Shown: positions 26,850 to 36,938 of the stretch, piece after piece
Numbering within the stretch: the stretch's first letter is position 1
Layout: each line of letters starts with the position of its first letter
Source: an uncultured Gemmatimonadales bacterium
GTDB taxonomy: Bacteria > Gemmatimonadota > Gemmatimonadetes > Longimicrobiales > RSA9
DNA length: 64,000 bases
Assembly: GCA_963783305.1 (NCBI GenBank)
Contig: CAWAMW010000016.1
Location: forward strand, 1 to 64,000
Direction: 5' to 3'
Position numbers and translations under genes: made by a program
Notes under the pieces: generated by a model
Databases searched by the model: none
Told to the model about the DNA's origin: nothing
The model's input: the letters and a program-made list of their open reading frames with translations, nothing else

Positions 26850-29345
26850 CTAGACGAGGGCGCCCTCCGCCTCTTCGGGCGACGGCTGGGGTTCATCCGT
26901 CCATCCCTCGTCCACCTCTTCCCAGCCCACGACCATGGCCCGCACGTTCAATGTGGGGGTATGGCCCGTGGTCGTGAGGTAGAGGTGCATGAGGAGGAAG
27001 GCGGCGAAGAGCCACGCAGCCAGGGTGTGAACGGCCGCGAGGACTCCGAGGGTTCCGATCCCGGCGAGACCCGACGGCAGCTCCTGGAGCATCCAGATCA
27101 GCAGTCCGGTGAGCACCTGGAGCGGGAGCAGCACATTCAGGATGGCCAGGTACGTGACCTTCTGGAGCGGGTTGAGACGCCGGTCCGGGCTCTTCTCGAA
27201 CGGGTGCGGCTCGCCGCGGAAGATCCCCCGCCCGTAGTACGTCAGCTGCTCCACGGCCTCACTGAAGAAGCCGCGCGGGCGCGGGATGTACTGGCGCAGC
27301 TTGCCGCTGGCCAGGTGGTAGAAGGCCGCGAGGAACGCGTTGCCGAGCAGGATGAAGCCGAGGATGTTGTGTACCCGCACCACCGCCGGCACCCCGGCCC
27401 AGCCGAAGGTGTCCGGGAGGTGGATCGCCACGCCCGTCAGCAGGAGCCCGATGATGGCGAACGCCTGCAGCCAGTGCCATAGCCGTTCGTAGGCGCCATA
27501 CATGTACACGCGGCGTCGGGGCCGGTGCGGCGCGGCCGGCGCCGAGCGGCTCGCGCGGATGCGGAGGCCGCCGTGGATCGCCGCGCCGAGGAGCACGGCG
27601 AGGATCGACAGCGCCCCGATACGGGTGACCCAGTCGACGCGGTCGCGGCCCAGAATGTACATGCCGCGCGACCGCGGGTTCGGCGCCAGCACCAGCCGAC
27701 CGTCTTCCATGCTGACGTTCGCGGCCGCCGCCGCGCCGGTGAGCCGCACCTGGGCCGGGGCCACACCCGCGGGAAGGCTCGACGCCAGCTCGATGGGCGC
27801 GAGCGCGACCGCGCTCCGGCTGTGGCAGGTGCTACAGCTGCGCGTCGCCCACTCGCCCCGCGCCACGCCGTGCTCCACCGGCCGGGCCGCGACCTCGACG
27901 CGGATCTGCGGCTCTCGGACGCCGGCCGCCTCCAGCCGCGCGGCGACGGCCGCCACCGCGCCATCGGTGTCGAGGACCCGCTCATCGGGGCTCAGTCGGC
28001 CATCCCGGTCGGTGTCCAGGACCCGGAGGAGCTCAGGACGGTGGGCTCCACCCGCGATCAGCGCCGACCGCAGCAGGTCCTGCGGGACCCGCTGCCCGGA
28101 CCCGTCCACCCACATCCACGTGGTCACGGCGTTGTGGGGACGGAGCCGCGCGCCGCCCGCCGTCGAGTCGGGCAGCAGCGACGGACGGTAGCCGACGATG
28201 TACGACCCGGAGCCGGGCTCGCCTTCCACCCCCCGGTACTCCCGCCGTGGCTCGCCTTCCACGGAGGGAAGGGTCCAGTCGGCGAGCTGGAGCGCCGCAC
28301 CGTAGACCACCGGGACGTGGCAGCTCGCGCACGCCACCGCCGCCATGTGGTGGTCCGTATACGGAAGCCACTCGTGCGTTCCCTCGACCGCGTGGCAGCC
28401 GGTGCAGGCATCCGCCGACCCGTTCCCGGACCGGGCGAGCTGGTGGCTCGGGCGGGAGAGGTATTCACCCACGCCCGCTCGCCGAGGGTCGACCCGCAGG
28501 TGCGAGACGCCAGGATCCGCCGACGCGGCGGCCCACGCGGGGTTGTTCTCCGAGTGGTGGCAATCGGTGCAGCCCACCAGGCGCTCCGCATGGACGTCGA
28601 AGGGCCGGTTCAGCCCATCCTTCCCGGCGACGTTCACCGCCGCCGCGGAGATCCGGGTCCCGGAGAAGCGGGCGCCGGTCCTCTCCCCGAGGCGGGTTTC
28701 CGCGCCGTCCGTGCCGTGGCATGCGAGACAGGCGGCGTCCGAAGGATCGCCGACCCGAAGGCGGTCCGGATCCGCGTGACCGGCGGGCGTGAACGCGTCC
28801 GGGTTCCACACGAGGGCGTCCCCGCGCCGCTCGACCAGGCCGGTGGCAGTGAGCAGTGCCGTCGTGGCGCGGTCGTAGGAGCCCGCTCGGATCTCGGCCG
28901 CGCGCGACCCCGCGTCGACCTCCGCTCCGTGGCACAGGAGGCACTCCGACTCGAGGGCGCCCGCACCCGCCCCCCCCGTGTGGAGGGAGCCAAGGCCGCC
29001 GAGCCACGCCTCCGGATCCGCGCTCGACACCGGAGGCGCGGAGACGGCGGCGGCCAACTCGCCGGCGGTGAGGCCCGAGTGGGTGGAATGAGCCTCAATG
29101 TGCCCCACGTCGTGGCACGCGCCGCACGTGCGCGCCGTCGAGAACGCCGCCCCCGACTCGAGCACGTTGTGGCCGGCGCGGTCCAGGAGCGGGATGCTCG
29201 GGTGCAGTGACGGCTCGGTCCCGCCCTGGGCACCCAGTCCGCCTCCAGCCCCGGAGAGGAGCAGTGCGGCGACGGCCACCGCCACCGGTCCCACGACACG
29301 GCCCAGCGTCCGGCCCAGCGTCCGGCCCAGCGTCCGGCGGGTCAT
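26850..29345 (-). CDS. Heptaheme cytochrome c fused to a C-terminal di-heme cytochrome b (FdnI/HyaC type)
   Basis: 7 CxxCH (CGACH, CLLCH, CLACH, CTDCH, CTGCH, CASCH, CSTCH); cytochrome b His in RLWHW, RVHN, AVHT, MHLY; NPLQK; EF-hand-like DTDRDGRLSPDE. Confidence 0.88.
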   Translation of the reverse strand: MTRRTLGRTLGRTLGRVVGPVAVAVAALLLSGAGGGLGAQGGTEPSLHPSIPLLDRAGHNVLESGAAFSTARTCGACHDVGHIEAHSTHSGLTAGELAAAVSAPPVSSADPEAWLGGLGSLHTGGAGAGALESECLLCHGAEVDAGSRAAEIRAGSYDRATTALLTATGLVERRGDALVWNPDAFTPAGHADPDRLRVGDPSDAACLACHGTDGAETRLGERTGARFSGTRISAAAVNVAGKDGLNRPFDVHAERLVGCTDCHHSENNPAWAAASADPGVSHLRVDPRRAGVGEYLSRPSHQLARSGNGSADACTGCHAVEGTHEWLPYTDHHMAAVACASCHVPVVYGAALQLADWTLPSVEGEPRREYRGVEGEPGSGSYIVGYRPSLLPDSTAGGARLRPHNAVTTWMWVDGSGQRVPQDLLRSALIAGGAHRPELLRVLDTDRDGRLSPDERVLDTDGAVAAVAARLEAAGVREPQIRVEVAARPVEHGVARGEWATRSCSTCHSRSAVALAPIELASSLPAGVAPAQVRLTGAAAAANVSMEDGRLVLAPNPRSRGMYILGRDRVDWVTRIGALSILAVLLGAAIHGGLRIRASRSAPAAPHRPRRRVYMYGAYERLWHWLQAFAIIGLLLTGVAIHLPDTFGWAGVPAVVRVHNILGFILLGNAFLAAFYHLASGKLRQYIPRPRGFFSEAVEQLTYYGRGIFRGEPHPFEKSPDRRLNPLQKVTYLAILNVLLPLQVLTGLLIWMLQELPSGLAGIGTLGVLAAVHTLAAWLFAAFLLMHLYLTTTGHTPTLNVRAMVVGWEEVDEGWTDEPQPSPEEAEGALV
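29299..29338. repeat. 12-bp tandem repeat x3 (encodes RTLG repeats in the signal n-region)
   Basis: CGGCCCAGCGTC at 29299, 29311, 29323. Confidence 0.9.
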
Positions 29346-30802
29346 CGTGCGCCCCCTTTCGCCCGGGGGCGCTGGAGCTGTGGACCGCGTCCCCCCACCT
29401 CGAGGGGATCGCCCGGGTACCCCAGAGCTGCCCAGTCCAGGCGCCCGTTCCCGCCGTGGCAGGCCTCGCACTGGAGCGCACGGTCCGCCGGGGCCACCAT
29501 GTGCGTGATCGGCCAGTACATCTTGGTGGGCGCGAACCCGTACTCACCGCTGTACGGCAGCCCCGCCTTCTCCATTCCCAGCCGGGCGGCCTGGTCCCAG
29601 TCGAATTCCGTCCAGTATCCGCCCTCCCCGTATGTCTTGGGCTGGATCAGGTAGCGGTTCCGGACGTCGTAGATCTGACTGCCGCGGTGCACCTTGAACG
29701 GCCAGATGCGCGCTTCCGGATCCCGGATGTCCCCCGCCGGCGCCACGATCACCGTGGTGTCCGCGGCGTCCATCCGGTCGCCCGGCAGGTAATGGCGGCC
29801 ATCACCGTTGTACCACGCGTACTCCGGCCGAACCTGCTGCTCGTAGTGGAAGCGACCCTTGATCTTCAGGTACTCGTGCTTGTCCTCCGGCAGGTCCTGG
29901 CCGGCTTCCGACCAGTCCCACGTCATCTTCGTCGCCTCGTCCAGCGCAAACTCCGGGATGTGGCACGTCTGGCACGCCACCGCGTCCAGGTGCGCGTTCA
30001 GCCGCGCGTCCCCGTGAACGTCACCCGTGTGGCAGTCGGCGCACCCCACCTGGTTCGCCGCGTCCAGGCTCACGGAGAGCGCCCGCCCCTTTATCTCGTG
30101 GTGCTCGCCCTGATGACAGTCCGTGCACAGGAAGTCGTGGCGCCCCATGTGGACGTCCAGCCGATCCGACGGGAAGTACAGCGTCTCGTCCAGGTCGCCG
30201 TGCTTCACGGCGTTCCCGCCACCACCGGAGAAATGGCACGCGCCACAGTTCTCCCTCGTTGGCAGCCCCACGCTGCGCGCCGACTCCACCAGGTCCACAC
30301 CCTCCGCCACCCGGCCGGCCGTCCCCTTCGCGTAGCCGCCGGAGCGGTCGTGGCAGGCTAGGCAGTCCACGTTCTCCACTCGCGTGAAGTCGTAGTTCTC
30401 GTCCTCCCAGCCGTAGCCCGCGTGGCACGACGTGCACGCCGGCCAGTTCCCGCGGATCCCGATGCAGAAGTTGTTTACCGCGGTCTTCTTGCCCAGGCGC
30501 ACCGGTGCGGGCCGACCCTCCAGCTCCACCGGGGGGCTCTCCCAGGTGAAATGGGCCGAGCGCAGCATCTCTTCGCCCGCGTCCTCGTGGCACTCGAGAC
30601 ACGCCCGGGTCACCGCCGGACCGTCCTCGAACGGACCGGCCAGCAACGCCGAGTGGTCCATCGTGGGGAGCCGCTCCGGCACGTGCGACCACGGGTCGTC
30701 CGCGTCGTCGCCATGCGGCCAGCCCAGCACCACCACGGGGACCATTACAACTACCGTCAGGGCCGCGGCTAGAACCGCGCCCGCCCGATTCGCACTTGCC
30801 AT
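29342..30802 (-). CDS. otr: Octaheme c-type cytochrome, tetrathionate reductase (Otr) family
   Basis: 8 CxxCH; GKK..NNFC, CTSCHAGYGW, GGGGNAVKHGDLD, HMVAP. Confidence 0.88.
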   Translation of the reverse strand: MASANRAGAVLAAALTVVVMVPVVVLGWPHGDDADDPWSHVPERLPTMDHSALLAGPFEDGPAVTRACLECHEDAGEEMLRSAHFTWESPPVELEGRPAPVRLGKKTAVNNFCIGIRGNWPACTSCHAGYGWEDENYDFTRVENVDCLACHDRSGGYAKGTAGRVAEGVDLVESARSVGLPTRENCGACHFSGGGGNAVKHGDLDETLYFPSDRLDVHMGRHDFLCTDCHQGEHHEIKGRALSVSLDAANQVGCADCHTGDVHGDARLNAHLDAVACQTCHIPEFALDEATKMTWDWSEAGQDLPEDKHEYLKIKGRFHYEQQVRPEYAWYNGDGRHYLPGDRMDAADTTVIVAPAGDIRDPEARIWPFKVHRGSQIYDVRNRYLIQPKTYGEGGYWTEFDWDQAARLGMEKAGLPYSGEYGFAPTKMYWPITHMVAPADRALQCEACHGGNGRLDWAALGYPGDPLEVGGRGPQLQRPRAKGGAR

Positions 30803-30945
30803 CGTATATCCTTCATCCGGCCGCCTGCGCCGGCTGTATTACATGGTCAAACAGACATATGGAGTGTAGGCGCTGGCGCCGGGGGCGAAAGACGGGCTAC
30901 TCCCCATATGGGTGTAGGGGAAATGCCGTCATGGACGTAGGGAGG

Positions 30946-32802
30946 TCAGGGGTTCGGCGGCGGCACGGTCGGGAGCGGGGCGGCCTGTTCGTCCGCGCTT
31001 TCACCGGCCACCTGGCGCTCGTACAGGCTCAGGATGTCTGCGCGGGAGACGACGCCCACGAGCCGACCGGTTTCCTGGTCGACGACCGGGAGCATGCCAG
31101 TGCCGCGAGCGCCCATGCGGCGGATGGCGGTCAGGAGCGAGTCGTCGGGGTGGACGGTCTCGACGGGGTCGGCGATATCGGAGGCCAGGAGGACGGGCCC
31201 GATGTCGCTGTGGTCGCGGGCGAGGCGGCCGATCTCGCTGATCCGCACGACGCCCATGACCCGCAGTGCCTCGTCCACCACCGGGTAGACGGTCTGCTCG
31301 CCGCGTCCGAGGTGCTCGAGGAGCTGTGCCACGGAGGCGTCCTCACCCACCACCTGCGGGTTCTCCTCCATGGCGTCCGTGACCGTGAGTGTGGCAAGGA
31401 CGTCTCGGGCGACGCCGCGTTCGAGGTCGTGTCCGCGGCGCCGGAGCCAGCCGCTGTAGAGCGAGTCCGGCTCGAAGCGCTTCGCCACGTTGTAGCTGAT
31501 CACCACCGCCAGCATGAGCGGGAGGACGATGGCGTAGTCGTTCGTCATCTCGAAGACCATGAGGACGGCGGCGAGGGGTGCGTCCGTAGCGGCGGCGAAA
31601 ACGGCGCCCATGCCGACGAGCGCGTAGGCCTCCGGCTGGAGGTTCATGCCGGGGAAGATGGATTCGAGCGCAACGCCGAAGGCGGCGCCGGTGGTGGCGC
31701 CGACGAAGAGGGACGGGGCGAAGACGCCGCCGGAGCCTCCGCTGTTGAGGGTGAGGGAGGTCGCGATGATCTCACCGAGGGCCAGGAGGGCGAGGGCGAG
31801 CCAGGGCAGGGTGGTGAGCACGTCGAGGCGGATGGCGAGATGGCCGTAGCCGACGAGATTGCCGCGGCTGAGGAGGACCAGGGTGCCGACCAGGGCGCCG
31901 CCGATCCACGGCACCGCGGCCGCGGGCAGTCGCACGCGCTCCCGCAGCGATTCCGTGGCGAAGAAGGTGCGAACGAAGAGCACCGTCACCAGGCCGGCGG
32001 CGACCCCAAGGAGCGGGTAGAAGAGGAAGACCTCGCCGGCGGAGTGATAGCCGTACTCCATGGGAATCACGAGGGCCGGGTGGTCGCCGAAAACGGATCG
32101 GGACACCATGGCCGCCACTACGCTCGCGATGACGATGGGCGCGAACGCGGCCACGGCGAACCCGCCGAGGATCTCCTCGAGGGCGAAGAAGGCGCCGGCG
32201 AGGGGCGTGTTGAACGCGGCGGAGATGCCGGCTGCGGCGCCGGCGGCGACCAGCACCTTGACGCGGGAGGCGTCGAAGTGGAAGAGGCGGCCGAGGAAAG
32301 ACCCGGTGGTGGAGCCGATGACCGCCAGTGGGCCCTCGCTGCCGGCCGCGCCCCCGCTCCCGAGGGTAACGATGCTGGCGGCGATACGGGCGAGGGTGGA
32401 ACGGAACGGTAGCATGCCGCCGTTGCGCGCCACAGCCAGCTGGATGAGGGGGATGAGCTGAGTGGAGCGGGGCCGCTCGTCGCGCGCCGCGGCGTACCGG
32501 CGGACGATGGCGGCGGAGGCTGCGAACCCGAGCGCGGTAAGGAGCGGCCGGTAGAAGGGGAAGTCGGGACTGGGCAACTCCTCCGCCAGCCAGCCGTACA
32601 GGAGTCCGAACGCCAGGTCGATCAGGTAGAAGAAGACGATGACTCCCGCCGCCCCCGCGACGCCGATCACCACGCCGAACAGCAGAAGGATCGTGTCCTC
32701 GCCCAGGCCCAGTCCCTCGAACCATTGGACGAAGCCGCGCCACCGTCCGCGGGTGCGGACGAGGGCACGACCCCGGTGGCGGTGGGTGCTCTGCTTGTTC
32801 AT
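30946..32802 (-). CDS. ClC-family chloride channel/transporter with tandem CBS domains
   Basis: GSEGP, AAAGISAAFNTPLAG, GGVFAP, FEMTNDY; C-terminal CBS pair. Confidence 0.9.
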   Translation of the reverse strand: MNKQSTHRHRGRALVRTRGRWRGFVQWFEGLGLGEDTILLLFGVVIGVAGAAGVIVFFYLIDLAFGLLYGWLAEELPSPDFPFYRPLLTALGFAASAAIVRRYAAARDERPRSTQLIPLIQLAVARNGGMLPFRSTLARIAASIVTLGSGGAAGSEGPLAVIGSTTGSFLGRLFHFDASRVKVLVAAGAAAGISAAFNTPLAGAFFALEEILGGFAVAAFAPIVIASVVAAMVSRSVFGDHPALVIPMEYGYHSAGEVFLFYPLLGVAAGLVTVLFVRTFFATESLRERVRLPAAAVPWIGGALVGTLVLLSRGNLVGYGHLAIRLDVLTTLPWLALALLALGEIIATSLTLNSGGSGGVFAPSLFVGATTGAAFGVALESIFPGMNLQPEAYALVGMGAVFAAATDAPLAAVLMVFEMTNDYAIVLPLMLAVVISYNVAKRFEPDSLYSGWLRRRGHDLERGVARDVLATLTVTDAMEENPQVVGEDASVAQLLEHLGRGEQTVYPVVDEALRVMGVVRISEIGRLARDHSDIGPVLLASDIADPVETVHPDDSLLTAIRRMGARGTGMLPVVDQETGRLVGVVSRADILSLYERQVAGESADEQAAPLPTVPPPNP

Positions 32803-32917
32803 TGCGCCGCAAGATGCGCCCATGTGCGCGGCGATTCAATCCCGGGCTCCAACGTTCCCGTGTGCCAGCGCGTCATTGACCCGTAACCCTGTCAACGGCT
32901 CACACCGGAGTACTGCA

Positions 32918-35900
32918 ATGCAGCCGAACCGCCTTCCGCGCGTGCTGGCCCTCTCGATGGCCGCCGCGCTCGCACCCTTCAACGTGCCCGCCGTCCAGGC
33001 ACAGACCCCGGATTCGGCGCTGGTCGCCGGCCTGGAATGGCGTGCCATCGGTCCCACGAACATGTCGGGCCGCGTCACCGACGTCGAAGGTGTGCCCGGT
33101 ACGGGCACGTTCTACGTCGCCGCGGCCGCAGGCGGCATCTGGAAGACCATCAACCACGGGACGACGTTCCAGCCGGTCTTCGACGACCAGCGAGTGATCG
33201 CGATGGGCGATCTGGCGATCGCGCCGAGCGACCCGAGCGTGCTGTATGCCGGCACGGGCGAGGAGGACTCGCGCAATTCGATCTCGCCGGGTGCGGGCGT
33301 GTACGTTTCCCGCGACGGGGGCGAGAGCTGGACGTTCGCGGGGCTGAAGGAGACGCAGGTGATCGGCCGGATCGTGGTCCACCCGACGGACCCGAACACG
33401 GCGTGGGTCGCCGCCCTCGGCCACATCTGGGGGCAAAACGAGGAGCGGGGGCTCTACCGGACCCGTGATGGCGGGGCGAGCTGGCAGCGGGTGAAGTATA
33501 TCAGCGATCGGGCGGGCTTCGTGGACCTGGCCATGGATCCGCGGGATCCCGACGTGCTCTGGGCCTCGAGCTGGGAGCGGGTGCGTGGGCCGTGGTTCCT
33601 GGAGAGCGGTGGTCCCGGCAGCGGCCTGTGGAAGTCCACCGACGGCGGGGACAGCTGGGCAGAGGTGGCTGGTGGCGGGTTCCCGGCCACCGAGAAGGGG
33701 CGCATCGGCCTCGGCCTTGCCGCGTCCGATCCGGACGTGATGTACGCGCTGGTCGAGGCCAGGGCCGGCGACACGAAGGGGTTGAGCGATGAGGACGCGG
33801 CGGTCTCGGGCCAGAAGGGCTCCGGGCTCTACCGCTCCGACAATGGTGGTCGCACGTGGCGGTGGATGAACGACGAGAACACGCGGCCGTTCTATTACTC
33901 GCAGGTGCGCGTCGCCCCGGATGACCCGGACCTCGTGTTCTGGTCCTCCACGCCCGTGCGGTTCTCCAAGGATGGCGGGCAGACGGTGGGGCAGGCCACC
34001 CTCGGGATCCACGTCGACCATCACGCCATGTGGTGGGACCCGTCGAACCCGGACCATTTTATCGTCGGGAACGACGGTGGGATCGGCGTGACGTGGGATC
34101 GAGGCGGCACGTACGACTTCATCAACACGATCCCGCTGGGGCAGTTCTATCACGTCAGCTACAACATGGAAGCGCCGTATCGCGTGTGCGGCGGTCTGCA
34201 GGACAACGGCACGTGGTGCGGCCCGAGCCGGCGCGCCCGCGGCGGGATCGACCACCACATGTGGTACACGATCAGCGGTGGGGACGGCTTCTACTCACAG
34301 CAGGACCCGACGGACCCGGCCATCGTCTACGCCGAGTCGCAGGGCGGCAGCATGAGCCGGGTGAACCTGGCCACGGGGGAGCGCAGCCGTCTCGGCCGGC
34401 CGGACTGGCAGGAGGAGGCGCGGCCGCTGCTCGACTCCATCGCGGTGTACGAGGGGGTGGAGGAGCCGCGGGAAATGACGGATGAGGAGCGGGCGAAGGT
34501 CGACGCGTGGAAGGCGAGCGTCGCGGCGGACTCGGCCCGCCTGGACCTGCGGTACAACTGGTCGACTCCGATCCTGATGTCGCCGCACGACCCGAACACG
34601 ATCTACGCGGCCGGGAACCGGGTGCTCAAGTCGACGGACCGGGGCGACACCTTCGAGGTGATCTCACCGGACCTCACCACGGCTGACACCATGAAGATCC
34701 GGGTCAGCACCGAGGCGACGGGCGGCATCACCCCCGACGCGACCGGAGCCGAGACCCATTCCACGATCGTCATCCTGGCGGAGTCTCCGCTGGTTCAGGG
34801 GCTGCTGTTCGCCGGGACCGATGATGGCAACGTCTGGATGAGCCGGAACGACGGCGGCGACTGGGAGCAGATCGAGCACCGGCGGTTCGAGCGGCTCCCG
34901 CCCAACACGTGGGTCAGCCGGATCGAGCCGAGCCACCACGACGCCGACCGGTTCTTCGTCAGCTTCGACGGCCATCGCTCGGATGACTTCACCCCGTACG
35001 TCTACATGACCGACAACGGCGGTCGTCGATTCCGCAGCATCGCGAAGGGGCTCCCCACAGGCGCGCCCGACTTCGTCCACGTGATCCGGGAGGACGCGGT
35101 CAATCCGGACCTGCTCTTCGTCGGCACGGATGTGGGCGTCCAGGTATCCACCGACCGCGGGCGCAGCTGGCGGCCGTTCATGCAGGGGCTGCCCACGGTT
35201 CCGGTGCACGACCTCCAGATCCATCCGCGCGACAGCGAGCTGATCGCGGCGACGCACGGCCGCTCCATCTGGATCGTCGACATCGCGCCGCTCCAGCAGC
35301 TACCCGAGGTCCGACCCGCCCGGATGCCGGTGGTCTTCGCCCCGCGGCCGGCGCTGCAGTATGGCGACGTGGCGTCTGGCGGCGAGTCCGCCGGGCACCG
35401 CTACTTCGAGGGTCAGAGCCCCGATTTCGGGGCGGCGGTCACCTACTGGATCCCGCAGGGGTGGAAAGCCCCGCCCGCCGCGGACACAGCGGCGGAGAAC
35501 GAGGAGGAGGCCGGGGATCGCCCCCGCCGTGGCGGGCGCGGTGGGCCGCAGGTCCAGATGGCGGTGCTGAGTGCCGCCGGCGATACCGTGGCGAGCCTGA
35601 ACGGCCCGGCCCGGCCGGGGCTCCACCGGGTCTACTGGAACCTCCGCGAACGGTCGGAAGAAGCGGAGGCGAAATCGCCTTCGGAGCTCCGGGACAGCCT
35701 GGTGGCCGCGCGTGAGATGCTGGTCGTGGCCGACTCGCTGGTGGAGCACGAGGGCGTGGACCGCCGCGTGGCCGACCGCGCGGTCGAGATGCTCAAGAGT
35801 GGCGACCGCTCGGCCATGTGGGGCGGCCGCGGTGGTGGCGGCGACTCCGCACGACCGGGCGAGAGCTACCCGGCGGAGCCGGACCCGGCTCAGGGGGCGG

Positions 35901-36250
35901 AGGCGGAGGCGGCGGCAGAGCCCGCGGCAGAGCCCGAGGCAGAGCCCGCGGGCGAGGCGGTGGCCGGAGTGGCGGCTGGCGAGCAGGAGGCGCAGCCGTC
36001 GAGGGAGCAGATCGGCGAGGTGGTCCGTCAGATCTATTACGGCCTGCGGGACCGAGACATCCGCATGAGCTTCCGCGGCTGGGGCGGCGGCGGTCCGTCG
36101 TGGGTGGAGCCGGGCGCGTATACGGTGACGGTGAAGATCGGTGACGAGGAGATCACCCGCGATCTCACGGTGGTCCGCGCGGACGGCTTCGTGCCGGAGG
36201 AATCCGAGCGCAGCGGTCTGACCTTCCGCGACTGGTGGAAGGGCCGGTAG
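32918..36250 (+). CDS. Secreted VPS10/BNR (Asp-box) beta-propeller protein, glycoside hydrolase-like
   Basis: WRAIGP..SGRV, repeated SxDGGxxW, HVDHHA, GGLQDNG, GGDGF, LPTVPVHDL. Confidence 0.88.
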   Translation: MQPNRLPRVLALSMAAALAPFNVPAVQAQTPDSALVAGLEWRAIGPTNMSGRVTDVEGVPGTGTFYVAAAAGGIWKTINHGTTFQPVFDDQRVIAMGDLAIAPSDPSVLYAGTGEEDSRNSISPGAGVYVSRDGGESWTFAGLKETQVIGRIVVHPTDPNTAWVAALGHIWGQNEERGLYRTRDGGASWQRVKYISDRAGFVDLAMDPRDPDVLWASSWERVRGPWFLESGGPGSGLWKSTDGGDSWAEVAGGGFPATEKGRIGLGLAASDPDVMYALVEARAGDTKGLSDEDAAVSGQKGSGLYRSDNGGRTWRWMNDENTRPFYYSQVRVAPDDPDLVFWSSTPVRFSKDGGQTVGQATLGIHVDHHAMWWDPSNPDHFIVGNDGGIGVTWDRGGTYDFINTIPLGQFYHVSYNMEAPYRVCGGLQDNGTWCGPSRRARGGIDHHMWYTISGGDGFYSQQDPTDPAIVYAESQGGSMSRVNLATGERSRLGRPDWQEEARPLLDSIAVYEGVEEPREMTDEERAKVDAWKASVAADSARLDLRYNWSTPILMSPHDPNTIYAAGNRVLKSTDRGDTFEVISPDLTTADTMKIRVSTEATGGITPDATGAETHSTIVILAESPLVQGLLFAGTDDGNVWMSRNDGGDWEQIEHRRFERLPPNTWVSRIEPSHHDADRFFVSFDGHRSDDFTPYVYMTDNGGRRFRSIAKGLPTGAPDFVHVIREDAVNPDLLFVGTDVGVQVSTDRGRSWRPFMQGLPTVPVHDLQIHPRDSELIAATHGRSIWIVDIAPLQQLPEVRPARMPVVFAPRPALQYGDVASGGESAGHRYFEGQSPDFGAAVTYWIPQGWKAPPAADTAAENEEEAGDRPRRGGRGGPQVQMAVLSAAGDTVASLNGPARPGLHRVYWNLRERSEEAEAKSPSELRDSLVAAREMLVVADSLVEHEGVDRRVADRAVEMLKSGDRSAMWGGRGGGGDSARPGESYPAEPDPAQGAEAEAAAEPAAEPEAEPAGEAVAGVAAGEQEAQPSREQIGEVVRQIYYGLRDRDIRMSFRGWGGGGPSWVEPGAYTVTVKIGDEEITRDLTVVRADGFVPEESERSGLTFRDWWKGR

Positions 36251-36263
36251 CGGGCCTGCACCG

Positions 36264-36938
36264 ATGAACGTCGCCATCGCAGGCGCTTCTGGCGTCGTCG
36301 GCTCCCGGGTGCTGCATGACCTCCTGGCCCGCGGCGATGTCGGGCGCGTGCTGGCCGTCGGGCGTCGGGTGTTGCCGGCCACGCACGAGAAGCTCGACTC
36401 GGTGGTCGCCGACTTCGCCCATCCGCCCTCGGTGACATCGGCCCTCCCGGACGTTGTATCCGTGGCGTTCTGCTGCCTCGGGACGACGATGCGGCGGGCG
36501 GGGTCCAGGGAGGCGTTCCGGGCGGTGGATCACTACGCGGTGCTGGCGTTCGCCGAGGCGGCCCGGCTGCGGGGTGCGGAACGATTCGTCGTCGTCAGCT
36601 CCATCGGCGCGGACCCGGGCGCCCGGAGCTTCTATCTGCGGACCAAGGGTCAGACGGAGGAAGCGCTGGCGGGTGTGGGGTTCCGGCGGCTGATCGTCGT
36701 GCGTCCGTCGCTGCTGGACGACGAGGGGGCCCGCGACGAGTTCAGAATCGCGGAGCGGTTCACTCTCATTCTGGCCCGGCTCGCGTTCAGGGTGCTCGGC
36801 CGGACCCGACGCTACGCGCCGATCCGGGCGGACACCGTCGCCCGTGCGATGGTGCAGCTCGGGCTCGAGGAGGGGGAGGACGGGGTGCGGATCGTCGAGA
36901 GCGATCGGCTCCACGAAATCGCGGGCGCTGCCTCGTAG
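36264..36938 (+). CDS. NAD(P)-binding oxidoreductase (YraR/TIP30-like atypical SDR)
   Basis: GASGVVG, CCLGTT..AGS..F..VD, FYLRTKG, RPSLL. Confidence 0.88.
   Translation: MNVAIAGASGVVGSRVLHDLLARGDVGRVLAVGRRVLPATHEKLDSVVADFAHPPSVTSALPDVVSVAFCCLGTTMRRAGSREAFRAVDHYAVLAFAEAARLRGAERFVVVSSIGADPGARSFYLRTKGQTEEALAGVGFRRLIVVRPSLLDDEGARDEFRIAERFTLILARLAFRVLGRTRRYAPIRADTVARAMVQLGLEEGEDGVRIVESDRLHEIAGAAS

Noticed and set aside
32876..32895. TTGAC-N10-GTCAA palindrome between divergent genes
   Set aside because: The spacing does not fit FNR/CRP (N4/N6); it may simply be two opposed -35 boxes, and a single instance is too weak.
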